Source: Pecten maximus (taxonomy: Eukaryota). From it: a stretch of 64,000 nucleotides of DNA. Shown one piece after another: positions 1 through 11,100 of this stretch; position 1 is the stretch's first letter; each line of letters opens with the position of its first letter. The notes under the pieces were generated by a model. It did not search any database, was not told the origin of the DNA, and was given only the letters and a program-made list of their open reading frames with translations. A program made the position numbers and the translations under genes. Location: positions 11,842,001 to 11,906,000 of the forward strand of contig NC_047030.1 in assembly GCF_902652985.1 (NCBI RefSeq). The letters are read 5' to 3'.

Positions 1-868
1 GCTTGTGGCTGACTTTGTCGAATGCTTTCGAGAAATCAAGGATGAGGGCGTCGGTACATTTATTTTTGTCAATATTTTTTGTAATGTCTTCCACAAACTC
101 TAGGAGTTGGGTTTCACAAGATCGAAATTGCCGAAAACCATGTTGGAAAGGGTATAAGATATTATGTTGGTCTGCGTGAGACATTATGCTGCTGACAATA
201 ATGTGCTCAAGGAGTTTGCTGCAAATACATGTTAGAGAAATAGGTCTATAATTTTCTGCATCATACTTTGAACCTTTTTTATATATAGGAGAAACATGTG
301 CTGTACGCCAGTCAAGAGGGACTACGCCAGTATTTAGAGACTGTTGGAAAATGTGTGCCAGTATTGGAGCTATTTCTGTTGCAAGTTCTTTCAAAAATTT
401 TGGTTTGATACCGTCTGGGCCTGGGGCCTTTGCGGGTTTAAGGTTTAGGAGGAGTTTCTTTACACCCTCTACAGTGATGGTGATGTCTTCAATGGGTGGA
501 AATGTTGGAAGGCCCAGGTTATATTTTTGTGTGAGCTGTGCATCTGAGAAGTGTTCTGATGGTGTAAACACAGACTGAAATTGTTTATTTAAGATGTCTG
601 CCTTTGTTGAGGGATCAGTTATTAGTTTCCCATCACTTTTTAAAGAGGGGACACCTGAATAGTTTGCTTTTTTGTGTTTAATGTATGTCCAGAAGCGTTT
701 CATTGGTGAGTAGTCGTTTTCGCCAGAAGAAGAAATAGGGGGGGAGACAACATCTTCAATATATTTCCAATATGACTGCCTAATGAGTTTTTGTGTGTTG
801 CTCTTTAGTAATTTGTATTTGTCTCTATCTTCTGTGCGTCCTGATTTTTTCATTTTTTTGTAAAGTCT
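1..868 (-). mobile_element. 5'-truncated non-LTR retrotransposon (CR1/L2/jockey-like group), ORF2 region leading into the reverse transcriptase domain; continues off the left edge
   Basis: The minus-strand translation appears open throughout: ...KRFWTYIKHK...KADILNKQFQSVFT...KAPGPDGI...DWRTAHVSPIYKKG...NYRPISLTCICSKLLEHII...QHGFRQFRSCETQL...LILDFSKAFDKVSH. These are canonical non-LTR RT motifs. It is missing from the ORF track because no stop occurs inside the window. Confidence 0.92.
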
Positions 869-2131
869 AAATTTGGTGCTGATCAGGCACGTTTTTGTTT
901 GTTTTAAGGAGAAAATAAGTATCGTGGGTGCATGTAAATTGTTATTTGGATATACATTTTTATTTTAAGTTAGATGAGCTGACCAAATGTGTTAAGGTCA
1001 AGAGGAGGGTGCATACATGTGCACTCCATGTGGTTTCTGAATGTACTGTAGAAACCTAGTAGGCCTACATTCATGTATGTCAATGCATGTTGTTTTACGC
1101 AAGTGACAGATCACAAATTGAGGAATCACTAAGATTATTCCAAAATAGTAACTGGTGATTCACTTTTAATAATCCTCAATGCTCTAGAATATAGGCTTAT
1201 GCCTGTCTGTCTGTGCTAATTGTAATATAGGCCTATGCTGAAGAAGGGCATTATATGACTGTTACATATTTACGTAAATACAATATCCTCGAAATGTACT
1301 GTACACAGATATCGAGGATATTATATTTACTTTGATTGTTAATGTCCAGATACAAGTGCCTATGTTTGCACCACATATTGATATACATATAGTAAGCAGG
1401 AATCTTGAACCATATTATTTATATGTTGTCCAACTTATCCTGCTAAAATGTAACAGAGTGCATGATAAATTAAATTTATTTCAATGTCAATGCTACTGAT
1501 CAAATCTTGGACCTCTTGCAGACTAGTGTTATTCTCAATTGATCAAGCTAAAGAGAAGTTCTCTCTAGCCGAGCGATATATTGCGGCTAGAATTTACCAG
1601 GGTTACAAAAATACTATTCAATTCCTGCTAACTCAGCTTTGACAGAAAGATTTCTCTTAAGCTCATTAAGAAGAGCCTTGGTCTAGTAATCCAGATTGAG
1701 ATCCCAGGTTTGGAGGCAAGTAATGATCCCTGTATCCTTAGGTTGTGTCAAAAGTCATTTAAATGAAAGCTTGATCAGGTTAGAACAGAGGAAGGAATGT
1801 CTATTTTTGAGGTCATGTTAATGTGTTCTATAAGTGGTGCTTTTCAACAGAGAAATGCCTTTTTTTCTTTCTTTAATCCGATCATATTTATTTTATGCTG
1901 GTACACATACATAATACAAGAAAAATGTAACATATTGACTCATTTATAAATGAATTAATTTTTTTTTCATAGGTTTGATATACTATGGAGAGAATGAAAA
2001 AAAAGAATGACATCCTTGTGGTGATAGAATGTATATACATCTGATTCCTATGAGAGGAATCTAGACATGAAAATGGACAGTGCAAATCCATTGTAACACC
2101 AGTAAGACGTTACAACACATTAAAAATACAA

Positions 2132-5100
2132 ATGGATGACAAAAGGGTGAGGGCTGTCCTTCGTGGATCGTTGCTAGATCTTCCCTACCGCAGTTCCAGG
2201 GTTGTGAGGATCTTCATCAGTTCAACATTCACAGGTACAGCTGTCAATTACATTAGGATCTGCATTTTGATGGATATTTTCTGTATATTTTGTCCTTTTT
2301 GCAAGGATTTTGCTATTACTCAAAGTACTAATTATGTCAGAAATGAATAAAAAAAAATTTGCCATGTACTGGTAATACTTTACATAATACAATAATGTAT
2401 ACTGTTAGAATGGTCAAGAGTACATATATCTCATCTAATTCACAGATTTTTTACACAATTTTTTATCAAAAAAAAAAGAAAAGAAAAAGAAAAATGAAGA
2501 CACTGCATAAAGTCAATATGTTTTCAATTTCTATTTATTTACTTCTTGCTGATCAAATTACATCAGCTTCATTTGTAACTGAAATTATTTTATGCTTTAT
2601 GTCATCTGTTTTATCATCTTATTTTTTATTAATGTCCAACTCACTTACTGTAATGATTGATCTTGTCATTTTGTATTTGAAACTTCATTATTATTAAATT
2701 AAATCTAGAAATGCTGAAATCAAACCAGATGATTGATATAAATTATGAAATTTGCTCTTTTTTCCCCATATTCTAATTAAATTGATTCAGATACGAGAGA
2801 GGAAAGAAATTTATTGATGGAGGAGGTTCACCCCAAACTGACATCCTACTGCAGGAAGAAATACGGACTTGAATACCAGGTAAATTGAAAATACTTCTGT
2901 GAGAACTAGCTGAAGGGTAGAAATAACCATACACTTATAATCTGACAATGTTCTACTTAACTTTGAAACATTGCAGAAACCATAGTGTGAGGCAAACAAC
3001 ATATTTTCATCTCAAAAATAATTATCTACAGTAAAATGTCATATTCAACTTCTGGCGATTTTAACTAAAGTAACATTGATTAATTAGTATGCAAATATAT
3101 TGTAATTATGTATGCTCTTCATAATTCAATGTTTTATTAAAACTAAATGTATTTGATTTCCTGATGTTAATTTGTTTTAAAAGAGGTATCCATAAGTGAT
3201 TGATGTACTGGTGAGTTTATTAATTTCCCGGTGATGTTTAATGATCTAGGTGGTTGATGTACAGGTGAGTTAATTAATTTCCCGGTGATATTTAATGATC
3301 TAGGTGGTTGATGTACAGGTGAGTTAATTAATTTCCCGGTGATGTTTAATGATCTAGGTGGTTGATGTACAGGTGAGTTAATTAATTTCCCAGTGATGTT
3401 TAATGATCTAGGTGGTTGATGTACAGGTGAGTTAATTAATTTCCCGGTCATGTTTAATGATCTAGGTGGTTGATGTACAGGTGAGTTAATTAATTTCCCG
3501 GTGATGTTTAATGATCTAGGTGGTTGATGTACAGGTGAGTTAATTAATTTCCCGGTGATGTTTAATGATCTAGGTGGTTGATGTACAGGTGAGTTAATTA
3601 ATTTCCCGGTCATGTTTAATGATCTAGGTGGTTGATGTACCGGTGAGTTTATTAATTTCCCGGTGATGTTTAATGATCTAGGTGGTTGATGTACAGGTGA
3701 GTTAATTAATTTCCCGGTGATGTTTAATGATCTAGGTGGTTGATGTACCGGTGAGTTTATTAATTTCCTGGTGATGTTTAATGATCTAGGTAGTTGACAT
3801 GCGCTGGGGAGTCCCTGATGATGCCGCTGATGACCATTTGGCCACTTCCCTTTGTCTCCAGGAAATACAGAATTGTCAGAGGCTGTCTACCGGACCAAAC
3901 TTTGTGGTAGGGATAACATGATTGTTTCTTTGTAATGAACTACCTGTAGTAATAATAGATACTCCATTGTAATTAATTACCTGTCCTGATAACCCAACCT
4001 AGTAAGGTGACCTACACTTGGTACTCTCCACTTTTACACTACTCCCTCCTTCTGATGACCAACGATGAAGACAACCACAACCCAGGTTATTTAGCTCAAA
4101 GTAGCCTCTCAATCTCATATAGCTTACACAGGATTGATCAATGGCACCAAATCTGTAATAGGAAGGAGTAGTAAAAAAACAACCTGCCCTTGCTGGGGCT
4201 TGAACTTTAGTGACCTCTTGCTCTCAAGGCAAATATCCTACTAATAGGCTAATGGGAAAATCTCGCTAGATTGTGCTAGTAAGGTGACCTATACTCTCCA
4301 TTTTTTCACTGAAGATTTAAAACTACTTTGGAGATCAAAAATTGAAGATTTCAAAAATGAATTATAATAAAAGTACTTAATATGATATAGCAGTAGTGTA
4401 GTACATTTAAGTGTGAGGTAGGGCGTTAGAATTGTACCTGCTGTCAACATAACATGATCGTAAGAGGCAACTAAATTTGGGGTCTTATCTTTTCTCTTCT
4501 TTCTGAACAACTTTCTTCTTCCTGTCTCCCTTGACAATGCCTCACTTTTGGCCTTGAGTTGAGCATTCGCCCCTGTGAAGAAGGCTTTGTCTTCTGTCCC
4601 CGGGCTGAGACATACCAGAGTCTATAAAAATGGTAGTTGCTACTCCTGCTTAGCGCTCAGCATATTAGGAGTGAGACGACCCGTTCGCCCATTGTCAGTA
4701 TAATGTGACCGGGTGGGGTGTCCTGCTGGGTGTCTTTGGCAGTATGCCTTAGTGAGGTAGCACTAAAAATCAGCAAAAGTTCCGTCCTATCACAAGAAGA
4801 CTTCAAAAAACAAATACAGAAACACCACACGCATGCATATTGCATGCACAGGAGGCCGTCCTAACCTTACCTTACCTGTTGATAGGACATTTAACAAATC
4901 AAACCAAACTAAACCAATTAAATGTACAACAGTGGAAATAATCAATGGTGAAAGAAAATTTAATGTAAATATAATCAATTAACTATAAAGTCGGTCATGA
5001 GAAACATTTGGTCCTCTTTAAATTCATCCTTGCATAAGATGGTACATGTATATTCAGAAAGTGTTCAAAACCAACACTGGTCAAAATTGTTTTAAAAAAG

Positions 5101-8100
5101 GTCAGAGGTCAAGAAATGATACTTGATTATAGTAGATCTGTATCAAAGTTTGGGGAGGGCGTATGTGTGAATCACTTGAATTACTAGTTGATTATTTGTA
5201 GCGAGGGTTTATTTGCCGAGAAATATGGTTGTGTAATAATATAGTTGTTTTATTGGTACAGACATTTCTGAACCAGAAACATGGATTCCATCACCTCCAG
5301 TCATCTATTCCCAGTAAGGAGTTTGATGAACTCATCCAGGCTTTACAGACGCTGGGTCAGGATCACAGTCTGCTGAACGTTTGGTACAAACAGGACACCA
5401 ACTGTATACCACCAGTACACATACTACAGCCAATCAGCTCTATTATAACAGAGTACAAAAACAAGGTCAGCCAATCTGCTGTATTATTACAGAGTACAAA
5501 AACAAGGTCAGCCAATCAAATGAGAGTCTTTTCAAAACTTTGCAGCCAATTACCTCCTTTTTAAATGAGTACTCTGAAAATGTCATTAAACTTTTTTTTT
5601 TTTAATACTTTTATCGTTTTATTATTTTTCACAATTTTCAGACAAATGATGCAATCAATAAATGGAATGTTGTACAACTCAGCTTGAGGCAGTTACTGAA
5701 AACAGCAAGTCAGCATTGCTATGACAACAAGAAAATGACTGCAGAAGAAAAACATAAATATTTTATGTCAGGTATGTAAAACTATTTCTGACAGCAGCAA
5801 TATGAGTATAGTAATATCTTTCCTTTCTTTTTTTCTGTTTAAAAATCACAAAAAATCTGTAACTGGACCATGATGTGGCTCTGACTATCGATCTTTTGCT
5901 CTATAACAGATATCTTTCTGTTAAATTAGAGAGAAATCCATGGCGTGGGAAGGATGTCATATTCCTCTACTTTATATATGTACATCACTCCTTCACAAAG
6001 TCTTCACACCAAAGACATACAACGTACCATAAGCAAGGTTCTTCAGCTCCAAGCTAGGAAGCCTCACAATATATTAAAAGTTCGTGGAGTGGTCACTCAC
6101 ACCAAACTAGTAATAAGAAGGGGAAATGTCCACTAAGTTAAATTGAGCTTCCAACAGTCTGAGTTAGTTAGATGACCTCTACTCTCCTCTTCTTTCAATC
6201 CAATACTACTTTAATGCTCCAAGGTCTAATGACAATCAAGGTCACAATACTACTTTTAGTTTTTAAACAAAAAGCTGCCAGTTATAAGTCCCTCTCTGGG
6301 AAATGGGGGGAACCATATTTTTGGATTGTGTCCATCCGTCCTTCCATCCGTCCTTCCATCCACCGTCTTGTCAGGGCTCTGTCTCCTATACTACCTGTCA
6401 CAGAAACTTCATACTTGGTTCACATTGGTGAGGCAGTGTGTCTGTCAAACATTCAGTAAGTAGAATCAATTTCTACACAAATTCATCTTCTTGGTATATA
6501 ATTTCCAGTAGGGGAATGAATAACACAATGAATATTCTAGAAAACACTAGTGTTCTGTTTACATGGTCCATATCAGCTTTATTAAATCTGTCTACCTTCA
6601 TTTACCAATGTGTAGCACTTACACCATATGATATGGTATGGTACACACTTGGTATGTTTGCAGTGAAAACTTTTCATCAATATTCAACCTGAGCAAATTA
6701 CAGGATGGTCGGGTGGCACAGTGGTAACACACTCGCCTTTCACCTAGGTGGCTCGGGTTCAATTCCCCGATCAGACATGAAAAGGTATGGGGTCACCTGC
6801 CCGACTTTGTGACATGGGTTTTCCCCAGGTACTCCGGTTTCCTCCCACAGTAAGACCCTTCGCATGCTTCCATCTGAGCCAACAAGAGTGAATAATATAA
6901 GTTAATATAACTTGTTTCACAATTGTTGTAAAACAAATAAAGTTTAAAAACCCGAATGAACAAACTGAAAATGTTTAATAGTGACATAAATCACAAAGCC
7001 TTATAAAGTAATACACCTAATCACATAACTAACCTGTTATCAGTGTCTTAACACACACTGCAAAAGTTGTGCTATGAACACATGTTCAATAACACTTATC
7101 AACCTGTGATTGGCTGTAAGTTTTCAGTGTTTCAATTATGATACAGCATCTAATATTAATTATACAATGTGTTGTTACCAAGGAGACAGGGATGATCCTA
7201 TGGCAATTCCTATTTCATTTTCAGTCTATAAAATTCTATTTTCATGAATGTTTATCATATCTAAGTACAAATGTACATTCTGTATTTGATTATCAGAATC
7301 TTTTATGTATTTGTTTCCATTCATTTGAATTTTATAAAACTCATCACAAATTTTTCATTTAATCTTGTTCAAAGGAAAAATTCTTAGACTAATTTTGTTG
7401 ATCTCATATATTTATATATTTTCATATGTTTTTCTATACCAAACTACAGTCACAGAAGAGGAAGTCCTACAGGGAATACTGAAAACGGCTACAAAACCGA
7501 GGAACCACTGTCTGTGTTTCATCCGTATCATTGACGATATAAAACGTCATCTGAATCACAACAAAGCTTGGCGCTTCATTGATATGGTGAACCAGGAGAA
7601 AGTAGACGAGGAGGCTCAGGAAATTCTCTCCAATTTGAGGGATAATAAAGTCTTAAACAAGATGGAAAATTCCAACATATCAAAGTAAGATTTTGAGGCT
7701 TTTGCTTCTACATTATGCTCAGTTACATTTGTATAGTAATGTTGCTATTTCTATATACATGTATACAAATGTATCAGTTCTTAAACATTTTTCATTTCAT
7801 GTTTAATTTTATGAAACAAATCTTTGAAGTTTTTATTTTTACGACCCTTGGGGAATAAAAAAATTAAAACTTGGAGATGAGTTTCATCAGAACTCATACA
7901 AAATTAAAACTTTAAGATATCTTTAATCACATAAGTAAGAAAACTTACAATTTGACAGGTTTAAAGTAAAAATATGGAGGGATTAATCAAACCCAACATC
8001 CATTTTGTGGTGCCAATTTTCAATTCATAATGTAATGTCATTGTCCATATTATGACGTCACAATCAATTTCTGACTGGTACAGAAATATGAATTACTATC

Positions 8101-11100
8101 AACTAATGATTGAGGCCACTCAAGGGCCATTTTATAGTGCTGTCACACTGAAAATGACATAGCCTGAGAATTGTAACCTGAATCGTCACATATCCACAGT
8201 TGAACAGCAAGTCCCATTTTAAATGAATTTAGTTTGTTTTGATCTCTGAAAGGAATAAAAATAAATTTCAGCATGAGAGAATACTTTAAACCCTAAAGCA
8301 AAGTACTGTCAATTAATGAGGCATTCGCGAGAAGAAAAAAAAGAAGTTTTTTGGAAGGAGAGAGATATTATAGATTCCAAATCTCACAATTGATGCAGCA
8401 GACTTACATGTTCTTTGGCTGGTTTTGTGTCTCCAACTAGAGGACTTTTTTATTGGAAGTTTTTTTTATAAATGAACAACTTGCTGTCACTTAACTTAAT
8501 TGAATGGTTATTTGTGATGCAGGAAGACAGTGAAATGGAGTGAGGAAGGAGGGATAAGTAAAGAGGAACACAGCCAATATCTGCGCGAGTTTGGGGACAT
8601 ATTCTACATTGGGGTCAAACAGCTCATAGACAAAGCTGTGCAGGATGAACTGAAATTGGCCCATGACGAATTGTACTTAGAGGTAAGGAGCTGAACAGCA
8701 AAACAAGATAAGATTTTTTTATTGGTCAATATAATTTTCACAATAAAGATATGTAAACTTGAAACTAGGGTGCCCAGAGAAAACTCAGAGGTTGGGCAGG
8801 TTAACCCATACCTTTTCATGTCCTTTCCAAGAATTAAACCTAGACCGCCTGGGTGAAAGGTAAGTGTGTAATTACCAATAACTATTCGACTAACCCTGTA
8901 AAAATATGAGAAATCCTTAGAAATTATTTGTAAAAGAGTTTGTGCCAGAGTTTTGTAGTCATTGTTTGAGATTTCATACTTGACAAAGAGTTATCCTTCA
9001 GATTAACTTCACTGACTGACCAGAATAAATTTCATTGCTTAATCCTATTTCATGATCATCAGGTGTTGCAGCATCTGACCATGGCTAAAGAAAGATGTTC
9101 CCTGTTTCATGGCCGAGAGGACATACTAGAACAAGTGGCTACCTATCTTTGTGGGAACTCGGACGAACCATTGACCGTCTACGGACCTTCTGGGAGTGGA
9201 AAAACCTCCATCATAGCTGAGGTTGCTCGACAGGTACTAGAACAAAGTAGAGACGCTGGAGAGATTAGGGATGTGTAATGATGACTGGGGAGGGGTTGAT
9301 TCATTACTATAAATAACCTAGAAAACTTACACTTCAATGATTTTATGTTGGGAAATAGATTAAGGAGAAGTATTTACATGTTAAAAGGTCTAATTGAGAT
9401 GAAAATAAAGAAATTTCAAAGGAAAAACTTTTTATCATTAGTAGATTATACAAGAAATTTGTACTTTTATAATTAGGTCCCATTTACATATATCATGAGT
9501 AGATCATACGTAATATTTTAAGCGAGAAAATAGATATGTAGCCTGATAGGTAACTATCAATAAGAAATGTTGATATTAATTTCGTAAGTCCGATTGATTT
9601 TTTCCCCAAAAGTTCAGGTAATAACAATTAACAGGTAAACATTTCAGATTTTTGAGAATTTTTACTGCGAAATTCACCCATTTTCAAAATGGCTACCCTG
9701 GAGAAAATTTGAGCTGAAGGACCCAACTTTTTTTTTTGATTAAGTATTATATCAGACCCTAAACTTTTGCTATAAACCATAATTGTCATATTGAATTCAA
9801 GAATTTGAATGAAATACTCCAAAACGTAAACACTAAAGTCTATGGGAAAACAATTGGTTGGTTGGTCTCTTTAGGTCCCCTTTACATATATCATGAGTAT
9901 ATCATACGTAATATTTTTCTTTTCAGGTCCCCTTTACATACAAGAAGGATGCCATTGTGGTTCTGCGGTTCCTTGGTACCTCACCAGCCAGTAGTAACCT
10001 GTGGCGTCTGTTGAAAAGTCTTGTCACCCAAATCTTGTCCAACATTGAAGGTGACCTCAACAGTATCCCATCGGAATTCAACAAACTCCTTGCATTCTTT
10101 CAGTCCCTCATTGAAAAGTATGATAAGCACTCTTCCAAGCCTCTAGTCATTTTACTGGACTCGCTGGACCAGCTGAGCTCCGATTTTGGGGCTCACAAAG
10201 CTCAGATGGTTACCAAAAAAGCTTGGAAAAAATGTACGAATTGTGACGTCTACATATACAGAGTCTAATGACATAATAAATTCACTCAAATCATTATTTT
10301 TGCCTGACAGTTTCATTATGGTGAAAATTCTTGGTGAGGATTTGAGTACAAAGATTCTGAAGACCTGGCTTCTCTCAAGGAACAGAACATTGAGCGATGA
10401 ACAGTTTGATTATGTACAAGAAGCTTTCAAGAAGTGCAGTCTACCTCTGTATGTGAAGTTAGTCTTTGAGGATGTTTTGACATGGAAATCGTACACACAG
10501 GTTACTATGGATACTCTGTCCTACACTGTACAGGACATCATCAACTCTCTGCTACTGAGACTAGAGACGAAACATGGGAAGATATTTGTCAGTCGAACCC
10601 TGGCTTATATCACTGCTTCTCAGTCAGGAATCAGTGAAGCGGAACTAGAGGATGTTTTGTCACTAGATGACACGCTGCTGACAAATGTGTTTCAGTACCA
10701 TGTGCCACCATTCAGAAGAATTCCATCCGTTCTCTGGGTGAGGGTGCGACATGATATCGCCAGTTATCTGGTCGACAAAGAGGTGGATGATACCCGTGTC
10801 TTTTTCTGGTATCATAGACAATTTTATGAGGCTGCTGAAAAACGGTACCTGTCTGATTCAGAATTTAGCAAAGAAGTTCACTCCTTATTGGCTGACTACT
10901 ATCTCGGAACTTGGCACAACAAACCCAAACCGTTCAAATACAGTGAATCCCAATGCAAGAAGTTGGGTCTTACTTCACTAAACAGCGAAGCAGATAGAAA
11001 AGTCGCTGATCAACCAATCAGTTTTCTTTTTACAGAGGATGAAGTAGAGGAGAAAAGATTCAATCTTCGAAAACTCAACAAGCTACCATTTCACCTCATC

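Noticed and set aside
3167-3613. 148-aa minus-strand repetitive ORF
   Set aside because: Antisense translation of the 54-bp intronic repeat.
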